From Nemertoderma westbladi (lineage: Eukaryota; Animalia; Xenacoelomorpha), in the NCBI GenBank assembly GCA_032718475.1, contig JAUCBJ010006880.1, positions 50,218-114,217 of the forward strand: a DNA stretch of 64,000 bases, in the 5' to 3' direction. Below, piece after piece: positions 23,808-35,674 of the stretch (its first letter is position 1; each line of letters starts with the position of its first letter). Below the pieces are notes generated by a model that saw only the letters and a program-made list of their open reading frames with translations, was not told the origin of the DNA and did no database searches. Position numbers and translations under genes: made by a program.

Positions 23808-26800
23808 ATGGATGAATCAAAAGCCGGTTCCTGTTCTGGGTATAACGAATCTACTTGGCCTGCAGTTTCAGCAATGCCTGCCGGTAGTGTATGGAATCCA
23901 GTGTATTCGCACATCGCACCTGAAAGATCATCAACTGTCACTCAGGTGCCACAAGTTCCGTATAACCACAACCCCCGAACATTAATCGACGACGAACATC
24001 AGTTACATTCGTTGATGACATCTCTAGGCCTAGGAGCGCCGGCGGCGAGATCGAGTCCAACAGATGACGTCCCCCAAGGTGGGAACCTGCCTGGACGAAG
24101 CAATATTCATGTACAACAACCGTTCCCAGTTTCAGAAAGCCAACATGGGCAGAAACCCGGACCAGTCTTGGCGGGAAATCCAGACAACCTCCATCACGGG
24201 GACTATGAGCTAGGCCTACCGGTAGCTGGTTTAATCAGCTCGGCGGATCCACAGCGAACACGTTTTAGGGCTGGTGTACGAACAGCAACTGGAAACGGGG
24301 AGTTACCAGTCAATGGAAGGGAGTTTAGCAGACAGGATGAGCAAACACAACAGGTAAGGTTTAGGCCTAAACGGCAATCAGAACAGGATAGAGGAAGCTA
24401 CACTGGGTATGATCAAATGCAACCTGGCCATCAGGTACCGGTATCGGCTAGCTGGTCAACTGAGGGACTGATGCCTCCAGGGGGCACCCACACCCCTCCT
24501 GCACGGAGCATCAGGCCAGGAAATAGCGACCAACACAATAGTGCACAACATAATAGGAATAATGTATATTTAGTACATGTCGTAGAGGAGATAGAAAATA
24601 TGAGCCAAACCATATTACAGGTGGAATCAAATTGCAAAGGGGCAATTGAAATTATAGATAGGACAGCTGGGCGTGATCTAGCACATTTACAACTAAATAA
24701 ATTGATTGAGTTGCAACAGGAAATAAGTAATTTCGTGAAAAATATATTTGACGGTAAATATGACACATGTCATGATATAATGGGGGAATCCAAGAGGGCG
24801 TGTGATGCAGCCACTTTATGCCGAGGGTGCATGCGTAAGTTGAGTGCATACATTGAAGCAGAAGACACATACAGTAGAATAAAATTTGCCCCTGGAAATC
24901 ATGGCAATAATAAGGTAACGAATAATAACTTATCACCGTTTCAAAGCTATGAGACAAACGCGGACCCTGCACTACCTGTAGGCAACCCTTCAGACATTCA
25001 TTACTGGATTCGCCATGAACAAAGACAGAATTTGCCCAGACCAATACCGATAAAGTATCGGGGCGAGCCATTAGAATGGTTAAACTTTAAACAAAGGTTC
25101 TTTCAGCAGGTCCATAATACGATTTTGGCACCACAGGAAAAGTTAGTACATTTACTACAATTTTTGGATGGCTCACCATTGGAACTGATAAAGCATTTAG
25201 AAGGGCAAGGTGAAGAAGGATATATGGAAGCATGGCAAGAGCTAGAGGAACGTTTTGGAAACCCAGTCAGAATTATTAACGATTCCATAAGAAATTTGTT
25301 GGCGGGAAAAAGTGTGGAAACACCAGTAGAAATTCAGGCATATTCTGATAAAGTGAACAGAACGGCAAAGACCCTTGCTGCATTACAGAGACCACACGAA
25401 TTGAACAGCCAACGCAATATTACTGAGATTGCTAGTAAATTACCTTACAAAATATATGACAAATGGCTGAGGAAAGTCGATGCAATGGAGGAAAGCGGTT
25501 CCTATCCGAAATTAGAAGAGCTGGCATCATGGCTAAAGAAGGAAGCTCGAATAATTAACAGCACAGCTGCAAAAGAATATAGAGAGAGACATCATAGTGA
25601 TAGTTATAAGCGGAATAAAGATAACGACCCACAGTTTTTAGTTAAGTCAGGTAAAGTATCTTCATATAGTACCCAGATTACGCAACTGAAGGATGGACAG
25701 TCGATTAAATATCCCAATAAGATACCAAAGGCACTAAACCAGGTAAAGAGGATACGTTATACTTGCATATTGTGCAGGTCAACCGATCACTCTTTACTTA
25801 AGTGCCCAAAGTATAAAGAGATGGAACCACATGAAAGGAAGGAGCATGTAGAAAGAGATGGACGATGTTATCGCTGTTTGTCCAGGGGTCACTGTGTGGA
25901 GTCTTGTACAGGGAAATGGGGCTGCTTAGTTTGCGGTAGTACCATGCACCACACATTCTTGCATGGAGCCAATGGAGCCAAGTTAAATAAAGATGAAGTC
26001 ATAACAGAAAAGGCCGCCGAAGTTAACTTCATAGGGGCAGAGACAGTCAATGCTGAAGATGACATTTTATCGGAGCAAGAGGACGAACGTGATGCCATGA
26101 TAAGCAATCTGTGTCCGGTGTATGCCACAATAATCGAAAAGTATCTGAGAGAGAGAGTCATGTTCCAGATTGTTCCCATCAGTGTGAAACTACCAATGGG
26201 AAGGGGTTGGACTACAACCTTAGCAGTGTTGGATCCTTGCTCAGGAGGGACATTTATGGATAGAGAGACAGGCAAACTTCTGGGAATAAAAGGTAGTTTG
26301 AGACCATTGACCATGAGAACACTGAATAAATCAGAAAAGACTGCCGATTATGTTGAGTGTGCAACAGTGACGATTTCATCAACGGAAAAGGACAGTAGTT
26401 TTTCATCAAGTATTTCGGAAGTATTTCTTATCAAAGACATGAACATTACATATAATAAGGAACAGAGAGAAGCATGGCAGAGGTCAGAAGCATTGCGACA
26501 CATACCTTTTGGAAATCAGGCTGTAGAGATTCCAAAAGTAACTATGCTGATCGGGCAGGATAACCCACAGTGTTTGCAACAGCTGGACAGTGAATACCCA
26601 GGAGGATTAAAAGCATATCCACATGCTATTAGAACCATATTTGGGTGGACATTAGAGGGACCTGATTGCAGCAATAGAGAGGGATTTAATGACCCGAATA
26701 GTCCAGGAATATCCACATACTTTATAGATCCTATGGATCTCATCGACAAGGTGAAAAATAATGATGATTGGGTAAGAATCATGTGGGAAAGATACTTCCA

Positions 26801-28514
26801 ATTAGAAACTCATGGAACAACTTCTAGAAAAGAAGGTATATCATTAAATGATAGAAAAGCAATACAAATACTAGAACAAACCACGAGGAAACTTGAGAAT
26901 GAAAATCGATATGAAGTAGGGATGTTGTGGGTGAATGACCAACTCCCATTGGTAAATAACAAGGCCCTAGCAGTAAAGAGGTTAAGGCAACTGGAGAAGC
27001 GACTACTGAAGAATCCCGAATATCATAAATTATTTCAAGCAAAGATAACTGATTATCTAGATAAGGGCTATGCCAAAAAATTGACGAAAGAAGAACAGAT
27101 TCATGGTGACCGCACAAATTATATACCAACACATTATGTGGAAGAACCCCGTAAACCAGGTAAGATACGGGTGGTGAATGATGCAGCGGCATGCTTCAAA
27201 GGCACATCATTAAATGAACAATTATTGGATGGCCCGAACACATATAATATGTTGACAGGGGTAATACATAACTTCAGAAAAGACAAGGTGGCCTTTGCTT
27301 GTGATATCAAGGAAATGTTCCACCAAATAAGAACTACAAAAAGAGATTCGGATTCACTTCGATTTCTGTGGTATGAGGGTGAAATTGATCCAGGAGAGGA
27401 TTCATATGATGTGATGGTAATGTTGGTCTACATATTTGGAGCTACATGCTCACCATGCGTAGCCACCTATACTGTAAGACGGACAGCCAGAGATAATGCG
27501 GAAAAGTTCCCCATTGAGGTACTAAAGATGGTAGAGAAAGGGTTTTACGTAGATGATGGCATGAATTCATGCAAAGATGTTCAAACTGCAACCAAACTTG
27601 CTACAGATTTAATACGATGTTTAGCATTAGGAGGCTTTATGGTGACAAAATTTGTTAGCAATAGCAAAGAATTCCTAAAAGCATTACCAGCAAGCAAGCG
27701 AAACGACACAAATCTTAACCTAGACTTAGATGATCTGCCTGTCACAAGAGCATTAGGAGTATATTGGAATGCAGAAGAGGATTATTTGCAGTTTAAGATC
27801 GAGCCTAAGAAGGAGGCTTCGTCAAAACGGGAATGTATCTCAATATTGAATTCGCTGTTTGACCCGATAGGACTTGTATCACCAATAACCTTATCGGGGA
27901 AAATTATCGTCAGAAAGATGTGGGAGGAAGGTGTAAGTTGGGATGAGTTGTTGCCTGATAACATCCAAAAACAATGGACAAAATGGGTAAAGGAGTTGGC
28001 AGAATTATCAGAGTTTAAAATCCCACGGTGCTACTTCATAGCGAGAGAGGAAGCTGATATTCTAGAACTACATGTATATTCCGATGCTTCAAGTATAGGT
28101 TATGGTGCAGTGATATTTCTTAGAAAAGTTTCAATGGATGGTGGTAAGGTAGAGGTAGCTCTGGTCACAGCCAAGAGCCGCGCTGCGCCCATAGTTCCCG
28201 TAACAATTCCAAGACTAGAACTCATAGCAGCTCTTTTAGGCGTGCGAATGAGTACGCAGCTAGTAGAAGAACTGGACCTACCAATAGATGATGTCCACTT
28301 TCATACAGACTCGATAACAGTACTACAATATCTTAACAATCCAGTGAAACGTTTTAAGACTTTCATTGCTAAACGCGTATTTGAAATACAACAGCATACA
28401 GATATGTTAGGCGGAATAATTGGAAAGCAACCTAAATGGATTGGTTCAAGGTGGGCGGCAACAGATGGAAAGTTTTTTTTCTCCGATTTATTCAAGGTGG
28501 GCGGCGAGAATTAA
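23808..28514 (+). CDS. Bel/Pao gag-pol (gag, 3 Zn knuckles, protease, RT, RNase H); no integrase
   Basis: CILC..H....C, CYRCLSRGH, CLVCGSTMHHTFLH; LDPCSG; FACDIKEMFHQI, FYVDDG; LHVYSDAS, TIPRLEL. Recognisable pol sequence ends near 28400. Confidence 0.92.
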   Translation: MDESKAGSCSGYNESTWPAVSAMPAGSVWNPVYSHIAPERSSTVTQVPQVPYNHNPRTLIDDEHQLHSLMTSLGLGAPAARSSPTDDVPQGGNLPGRSNIHVQQPFPVSESQHGQKPGPVLAGNPDNLHHGDYELGLPVAGLISSADPQRTRFRAGVRTATGNGELPVNGREFSRQDEQTQQVRFRPKRQSEQDRGSYTGYDQMQPGHQVPVSASWSTEGLMPPGGTHTPPARSIRPGNSDQHNSAQHNRNNVYLVHVVEEIENMSQTILQVESNCKGAIEIIDRTAGRDLAHLQLNKLIELQQEISNFVKNIFDGKYDTCHDIMGESKRACDAATLCRGCMRKLSAYIEAEDTYSRIKFAPGNHGNNKVTNNNLSPFQSYETNADPALPVGNPSDIHYWIRHEQRQNLPRPIPIKYRGEPLEWLNFKQRFFQQVHNTILAPQEKLVHLLQFLDGSPLELIKHLEGQGEEGYMEAWQELEERFGNPVRIINDSIRNLLAGKSVETPVEIQAYSDKVNRTAKTLAALQRPHELNSQRNITEIASKLPYKIYDKWLRKVDAMEESGSYPKLEELASWLKKEARIINSTAAKEYRERHHSDSYKRNKDNDPQFLVKSGKVSSYSTQITQLKDGQSIKYPNKIPKALNQVKRIRYTCILCRSTDHSLLKCPKYKEMEPHERKEHVERDGRCYRCLSRGHCVESCTGKWGCLVCGSTMHHTFLHGANGAKLNKDEVITEKAAEVNFIGAETVNAEDDILSEQEDERDAMISNLCPVYATIIEKYLRERVMFQIVPISVKLPMGRGWTTTLAVLDPCSGGTFMDRETGKLLGIKGSLRPLTMRTLNKSEKTADYVECATVTISSTEKDSSFSSSISEVFLIKDMNITYNKEQREAWQRSEALRHIPFGNQAVEIPKVTMLIGQDNPQCLQQLDSEYPGGLKAYPHAIRTIFGWTLEGPDCSNREGFNDPNSPGISTYFIDPMDLIDKVKNNDDWVRIMWERYFQLETHGTTSRKEGISLNDRKAIQILEQTTRKLENENRYEVGMLWVNDQLPLVNNKALAVKRLRQLEKRLLKNPEYHKLFQAKITDYLDKGYAKKLTKEEQIHGDRTNYIPTHYVEEPRKPGKIRVVNDAAACFKGTSLNEQLLDGPNTYNMLTGVIHNFRKDKVAFACDIKEMFHQIRTTKRDSDSLRFLWYEGEIDPGEDSYDVMVMLVYIFGATCSPCVATYTVRRTARDNAEKFPIEVLKMVEKGFYVDDGMNSCKDVQTATKLATDLIRCLALGGFMVTKFVSNSKEFLKALPASKRNDTNLNLDLDDLPVTRALGVYWNAEEDYLQFKIEPKKEASSKRECISILNSLFDPIGLVSPITLSGKIIVRKMWEEGVSWDELLPDNIQKQWTKWVKELAELSEFKIPRCYFIAREEADILELHVYSDASSIGYGAVIFLRKVSMDGGKVEVALVTAKSRAAPIVPVTIPRLELIAALLGVRMSTQLVEELDLPIDDVHFHTDSITVLQYLNNPVKRFKTFIAKRVFEIQQHTDMLGGIIGKQPKWIGSRWAATDGKFFFSDLFKVGGEN

Positions 28515-29429
28515 CTGACGTAATAAAAGCTACAGTAGAGAAAATGATTTGGACTAAGGAAACATACTGTAATATTTAGTAAATTTATATAACTTTACTG
28601 GTTACTACTTTTGACATTGGTAAAATGTAAAGTAAAATGAAAATGTGTATTTGAATTTAATTAACCCAATTGATCTATATACCGGTACCTTTGTTTAAGG
28701 TAATCTAAATTGATAAACATGATGCTTTTAGCCCTCTGTTCTTACGTAGAACAAACGATTATTATTTGTGCCTTATTTGTACAAACGATGCTAAATTATT
28801 CTGCGTTTTTTTTAATTTAGCCCTCCGTTCGCAAAGAACAAACGAATATTTTGCTCTTCGAGCAACCGATGCTTTAGCTTTTAGTAATATAAGCTTTAGC
28901 CCTCTGTTCATATAGAACAAACGAAATATCTGCCTTTATGGCAAACGATGCTTCAGCAACATCTTTAGCCCTCTGTTCATTAAGAACGACCGAATATTTA
29001 TGCCCTGGTGGCGAACGATGCTTGAGCCATGTCTCATTGATATGTACTGTACGTACATATATTGTACATTATATATATTATTCCAAGTTATATTATAGTA
29101 ATATCGCACTAATTATTCGTTAGCGTTTAAGTATAGAAGATATACTGTATATAGTGATTTATGTTCAAATTATGTGCTATGAACTATCAGTTACATCGGT
29201 AAACTATAATGATGTTATGAATGTTCTGTAATTTTCGATTTTATTGTGCATTAGGCATACATATTGTAAGTATATAAATATAAATGATTCTACATTAATT
29301 TGATTGTTGTTGATACATTATTTAGATAGATAATTAGTGAATAATTGTTGAGGTTTAATTTGTCTAGGGATAATTTAACGCTGTTTATTGTTGTTAGTGA
29401 GAAGTCAGTGACTTCTGATGGGCGGTTAA

Positions 29430-29974
29430 TGTAGGCGTTAATTTACCCTAATGGGTGAAGCTTACCTATTTACATGGCTCGACCCAGAATATGTGCCTTT
29501 GCTATAAGAGGCTATGAAGCTCCATTGGCTGGACCCACAAATACTTGGACCAATGACAGTTCATTTACATTCAATGTTGCTCTGCTATTGGTTTGTATTG
29601 TTATGATATATTTTGGGGCCCAGATCTAAAGACTATAAAAGCCTGAGTTTCAAGTTCATTATTCATTCGTAGCTTTGGGCTCAGCAAATTCATTTACCGC
29701 TGCTAGCGGCTACCTAGATTTGTTGGGAACCTAATAGGTTTATCTATAGTATACATTCATTATTATTTGGGTGTTTATATTGCTTGACTTTGAGATACAT
29801 TATAAGTGGAATAGCCCTTCAATTGATCACGGTTAGTGTTTTCCGTATATTAGCCCGTTCGGGCCCCTGATGCTTTTCCCTTTGATGGACCTCTCAATCC
29901 AGTTCGTAGCCAGTAGCGCGTCATTTGATTGCTCCCGGCCAGCGCGAATCACAATGTTGTAAACCGGGCCAACA
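29430..29974 (+). repeat. 3' LTR of Bel/Pao A
   Basis: Direct repeat of 22363-22907. Confidence 0.95.
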
Positions 29975-30953
29975 GTTAATGTTTGATTTATCTATTCTGG
30001 GACTTCAAGCAGCACGTGAACAACTACACCAGCACGTTAACTAGCCTGGGGCTTCGAGCACCACGTGAACAACTAAACTGACTAGTTAACTAGTCTGGTA
30101 CATGTCTGGGACAGATATAGCAGTATAGGCAGAAGCATTATCTGTTGTTATTACAGTAGGCCTACCTGCGATATATTTTACTATCAGATCCCTGCCATAT
30201 TGTTATAATTATAATGTTCTGATGTAATTATTACTGATACATGAAGCAAATAATAAATGTTCTTTACATTTTACTGCTAGAAGTTAAGCCAAATCCCCCG
30301 ACCCCCCCCCCCCCCTCCTCAATTTGCAATTTTGCTCGAAGTCTCAGACTAGTAAACCAGTCAGCTTATAGTTGTTCACGTGCTACTGGAAGTCCCAGAC
30401 TAGTTAACGTGCTGGTTTGGTTGTTCACGTGCTGCTCGTAGTCCCAGACTAGGTAACCAGCCAGTTTAGTTGTTCACATTGTGCTTTATGACCAAGACTA
30501 GTTAACTAACGTCAGGTTTAGTTAGTTGTTCACGTGCTGCTCGAAGTCCCAGAATAGATAAAACAACAACAATAACGGCATGAGTGAGTTAAACCGATAA
30601 GAAATAATTTATTCTGATTCAATGAATTACATTAGTCGTACTCTATTCATGTAGGCCTGCCTATTCAATGTTAAAACAGATTTGAATTTACCGCCAAAAT
30701 ATAGGTAGCAGTAGCAGATCTGATCTGCCACCCTTTCCAGTACAAATTACATGTCTTTCAATGATTTTAATTTCCCACGCAGTGGAGCAGGGTGGCACCT
30801 TTTAGGGACTTGTGTATACTGGTAGGGCCTAATGCTGTAATGCAGTACAGCGACAGTATATGGCTGTATGGGATAGTCTACAGTAGATCCGAATCGGTAT
30901 ACACCACCTCTGTACGTACACTTACTGTACTACAGGCAACATACAGACATATA

Positions 30954-31835
30954 CACCATGTCCTGGAATATAGTGTCGTTATTCAGGTACCTGCCCCCCC
31001 CCCCCCCCACAATTTTTCTACAAATCTTAATGAGATTGCATGAAATTTGAAACAGAGATAGTTTCACCTCCCTCCTCCTCCGTGGGTGAGCCAGAATTTT
31101 TATTTTTGACTTCAATCTTTAGCTACAAGTGTTTGAAAAAGGTGTCTCCGGCGATATTTCACAGGTCACAGTGCTATCATGATTCAACCTTAATGTGATT
31201 TGATGGTACCCATGCAAGGATTCCAAATATGTAAAGACATTTGAATTTGGTTGGGAAATAGCTGAGATATGGGGATTCGAATGTTGCATGTTTTTGCTTC
31301 CCCTGCAGGCTATTTATTCTATTTAATAAATGTACCATATTCTAGAACATTTTGTTTATTCCATACGTAGCTGGGCAACAATGTAATGTAGCTATTCATA
31401 AATAAACAAAGTGTTCTAGAATATGGTACATTTATTAAATAGAATAAATGGCCTGCAGGGAAAGCAAATACATGCAACATTTGAACGCTCATATCTCAGC
31501 TATTTCCCAACCAAATTCAAATGTTTTTACATATTTGGAATCCTTGCATGAGTAGCTTTCTATTGGTACCATCAAATCACAATATGGTTGAAGAATGATT
31601 GCACTGTGACCTGTGAAATATCGCCGGAGACACCTTTTTCAAACATTTGTAGCTAAAGATTGAAAGCAAAAATAAAAATTCTGGCTCACCCACGGAGGAG
31701 GAGGGAGGTGAAACTATCTCTGAGAATTTCAAATTTCAATACAATTTCATGCAATCTCATTAAGATTTGTAGAAAAATTCGGGGGGGGGGGGGGGCAGGT
31801 ACATGAATAACGCCACTATATTCCAGGACATGGTG
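30954..31835. mobile_element. Palindromic MITE flanked by TA (Tc1/mariner-type TSD)
   Basis: TA-CACCATGTCCTGGAATATAGTG ... CACTATATTCCAGGACATGGTG-TA; arms pair almost to the centre at about 31380. Confidence 0.85.
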
Positions 31836-32087
31836 TAAAGGGGTCGTCCATAAAGGACGTCCGAGTAAATCGCAGATTTTCGCCCCTTGTTTATGCCAAC
31901 ACCCCCCTCTCCTACATCGGACGTCCTAATTATTGACGATAGTCAAGGTCTGCCCCTAACTAATATATTTTTTTGAGGTTATTCTATACACTCCAAATTC
32001 ACAGACGGAGTAAATGAAATATTTAAATATGTACATTAAAATATTACCGGTTTGAGAGTTTAAAAAAGCACGTTTTAAAATGTAGTT

Positions 32088-34852
32088 TTATGGGATGATA
32101 GATAAGGTGGCGATAGGCGAACATTGAGGACACGATAGGGCGTGGTAACGATCGCTGGCTGAGTTTTGACAAAATTTACAGGTGCAGTCCGGACACGGGA
32201 TGTGGAAAGTTGAATTGTTGCAGAGTTTATAGTGAAAACCGTGAGATGGCGTTCTTGTTATGAGGTGCCTGTTTCTTTGGTTACTGCGAGTCCATGTTGT
32301 TGAAGTGAAGGCCGGTCCTAAATTGTAATTCTCAGTAATGAAATTTGCATTTCGATCCGATCTGAAGATGATGTATTGTTCTAGAATTTCAGCGCTGAAA
32401 ATACCTGGTGATGTTAGAAGGATGTCGTTTGTGAAGGTTTCTTGATGAGTTAATTTTAAAGCTAGAGTTGATGATGAAGAAATATGGAGTCCAAGGAGCC
32501 GTTTAAGAAAGGTAGATTTAATTTTATCCAATTCTTTTAGTTGAGGTAGTGTAAGTTTCGATCCTATTTCCGAGAGGACGTAAGATGCCATAGGGGCGAT
32601 TTTCATTTTAAAAATTTTGATTCCCGTCTCCACGGAGACTAGATGGAGATTTTTCAGGCGGCCAATGGCGGCGTAGGCTTTTTCTTTCTTTGCTTTTATG
32701 TGTTTCGTGAACGTCAAAGTAGGCTGGAGTACTACACCCAAATACTCATATTTATCGCATATCTTTACCAGTTGGCCATCATAATAGAAGTTATCATAGA
32801 GTGCTAAACGGCCTCCTCTTCGAAATTTAACAATTTTTGTTTTAACGAGATTCACCTCAAGAGCATTATCTTTGCACCATTTATGAAGGTTATTTAAACT
32901 GGGGTTTGATGAGTAGAAGGCTAAATCATCGGCGAAAAATATAGATTTCAAGAAGGCAGTAGCTGACCGCAAAGCAACAACAAGGTCGGCGATATACAAA
33001 ATGAAACTCGTTGGGGAGAAACAGTCCCCTTGTAGGAATCCGATAATCTGGCGTATTTTCTTTGAAAGGCAAAGACCATCAAACACCTGGATGTAGTTTG
33101 CATTTAGAAGATACTTGATAACATTGTAAAGTTTGCCTTTAACACCAAAATCGTTGAACAACTTGTTGAGATAAATTTTCCGACTGATGGAGTCAAAAGC
33201 CTTTCGGAAATCAACAAATACAACATAAACTTTACCATTCGCGTCAATCAATGAATTTATGTCAGAGATCAATCGATTTAATGCATCCAGAGTTGATTTA
33301 CCAGGTAGAAATCCAAACTGCTCTTCGGGTATCAACCAGCGGATTTTATTTAATATCCGTTTGTTTATTATAGAAGTAAAGATATTTAATAAAACGCTGA
33401 GGAGTGCAATCCCACGGTAATTATCTGGCAATGTGATCGCACCTCTACCTTTATAGAGTATCTTGACAATACTATACATCCAAGTACGTGGAAGCGAACC
33501 AATATTTAAGCAGGTATTAAAGAGGAGTACCAAAATATGTAGGATTAGAGGCAGAGAGTGTTTCAAGTGTTCGTAGTATATATTATCTGAACCACATGCT
33601 TTACGATTTCCTGTGTGTTTAATTGCAGCCTCAACTTCTTCACGAGTTATAGGACTGTTGTACCATTCGTTGTTTTCTAATTCAGCAGTTGATGTCTCTG
33701 GAATAGGCGGTATATTCGGAGGGTCTTTTGATTTACTTAGAAGATTTTCAAAATGAGATTCCAGTACATCCATCGCTATTGGGGCTACGTGATTTGGTTT
33801 ACATTCTTTTGTCAGAGTCCATGGAGTAATCTCAGCTCTTGCAATTTTGTCGAGTAAGCATTTTTCCTCGTGCTTCAGTCGCTTTGATTTGAGGAGTTTC
33901 TTGTAAACTTTTCTTTCATTCCAGTAAAGATCCTTGTCGTGTTCTGAGATTTCCCTGTTATAAAAAAGTATCATAACCTGTGATTTGAGTAAGCGGCACT
34001 CATTGTCAAACCACAATTTGCCATGATGATTGTAGTTCACTTGCTTCGGAATAGTAGAGTCAGCAAAAACTTTTGCAAGAAGGCGGTTTGCCTCGTCTAT
34101 GTTACTACTTTCTGTTAAAAGATCCTGTATCGTAGTAAGAAGAGGATTGCCTTTCAGTTTAGTTATATTTAAGTTGCGCGAAGGTAGTTCTGGGCGAATA
34201 TTTGGTACTGTAGTGGAACCAGGTAGGGTGAGGGACAGCACAACACGTTGGTGTTTTCTGATAGGGTTCACGTCAATAAGGGTAAACGGAGGTGGGCTCA
34301 TTGGGGTTGTAATCTTAACAAAAAATAAATCGATGGTGCTTACCCCTTGGGGGGAAATGTATGTATGTTCCAAGGGATCATTGATTAAGATAAAACCAAT
34401 ACTCTCTAAGCTATCTGTCAGGTCAGAACCACGGGAACCCTGGTCTATCCGGCAGTTAAAATCCCCTCCAATTACAATTGGAAGATCGGGTGAAGTGTGT
34501 GTTAATGCGAGGCTAACGTCTAGAATTATTTCTTCGGTACTGAAGTCAGGGTGGAAGTAAAAGACTAGGATGAAGGCAGTAGCAGTTTTTATCAAAACAT
34601 AGTTATCATCTGATGCAATATACTTTGGGTCCAGTTTCGGTTTGCATATTGCCAAAATACCACCGATAGGGCGGCCCCGTAATGGCTTCTTTGCTGGTTT
34701 TGGTAACAATAATAAGATACATTTGGGAACTCGAGGTCAGTAGAAAAGGTTTCAGTAAGAAGAATAACATCTGAATTTTGGTATATATCATGATTAAAAT
34801 TTCCAATGTTATCAGTTATGTACTTTAGTCCTAGAGTAACTTTGATATCTAG
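32088..34852 (-). pseudogene. LINE ORF2 (AP endonuclease, RT, C-terminal Cys/His), frameshifted near 34715
   Basis: DVILLTET, GRPIGG, GGDFN, STIDLF, NYRGIAL, QFGF, FVDFRKAFD, LQGDCFSP, FADD, YEYLGV. Confidence 0.88.
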
Positions 34853-35674
34853 TCAGTCTACATTTTTAGTAGTATCACGTCGATCAACAGTTGGAGCGAT
34901 TGAACAGGAGGAGCGTCGGGGGATACCCAAGGTCTCGCGGTCATTTCTGGTGAGAAGATAGTTGCGCACAGTTACACCTTGTTCCCATAACATCGGATCC
35001 ATCATCGAGCTCCTGTCTGCTTGGTCGGCAGTAATGTGAAAACTTTGGTAAGGTTGATCAGAGTGACGAGGGATTGCTGCTATGTCATCGAATTTTATAC
35101 CTTCTGATTGTAGGTACTCGCTAATTTCCAGACTAGTAACGTCCGGTAATAGCCGTCCAATATGTATATGGGACTTCCGTACAGCTGTCATCCTCGGGGC
35201 ACGAGTTGATGGAGGAGCAACGCGCACACTGAGGGAACTCTCTTTCCTTGATCCTCGGATTACGGAGCTGTTGGGCTGTCTTCTATTTCCGGTGCCAATG
35301 TCACTATGCGTGGTCAAAGCAGGTCCAGACCGTGACTGGAGGGTAGGAGGGGGTCCCATTTGCGAGGATGCTGTTACCGTGGCGGTATTACTACGAACCG
35401 TGTCGCTGTAGCTCATTCGGCCTAGATTGGCAGATTTCGATTGGAGATCGATCACCTGATTCTTCGCTTTAATGGTCTCTGCGCGAGCATCAGCGAGTTG
35501 GGAGACGGCTTCTGCCAGTTTACCTACTTGAACGTTGAACATTTGGCCCATCTTAATGAACGCGTCGATTAACTGTCGTTCATCGTCAACGGAAATACTC
35601 TTTTTGGTTTTTATACTTCTGACCAGAGATATTGAATCATCTTGAAGTTTAATGAAAGCCTCCACATCCGCCAT
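34853..35674 (-). CDS. LINE ORF1 (coiled coil plus RRM-like C-terminal domain)
   Basis: Heptad-like N-terminus; IHIGRL...YQSFHI...DPMLWEQGVTVRNY as in LINE ORF1 proteins. Confidence 0.75.
   Translation of the reverse strand: MADVEAFIKLQDDSISLVRSIKTKKSISVDDERQLIDAFIKMGQMFNVQVGKLAEAVSQLADARAETIKAKNQVIDLQSKSANLGRMSYSDTVRSNTATVTASSQMGPPPTLQSRSGPALTTHSDIGTGNRRQPNSSVIRGSRKESSLSVRVAPPSTRAPRMTAVRKSHIHIGRLLPDVTSLEISEYLQSEGIKFDDIAAIPRHSDQPYQSFHITADQADRSSMMDPMLWEQGVTVRNYLLTRNDRETLGIPRRSSCSIAPTVDRRDTTKNVD

Larger units (their letters stand above)
22363..29974 (+). mobile_element. Bel/Pao LTR retrotransposon A, integrase deleted
   Basis: 545-bp TG..CA LTRs; TSD GTTAA (22358-22362, 29975-29979); polypurine tract (PPT)-like GATGGGCGG before the 3' LTR. 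Confidence 0.95.
22131..30813. mobile_element. Palindromic MITE (~1.07 kb) with 9-bp TSD (Mutator-like), split by a Bel/Pao insertion
   Basis: TIR ACAAGTCCCTAAAAGGTGCCACCCTGCTCCA at both ends; TSD GTATACTGG at 22122-22130 and 30814-30822. Confidence 0.85.
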
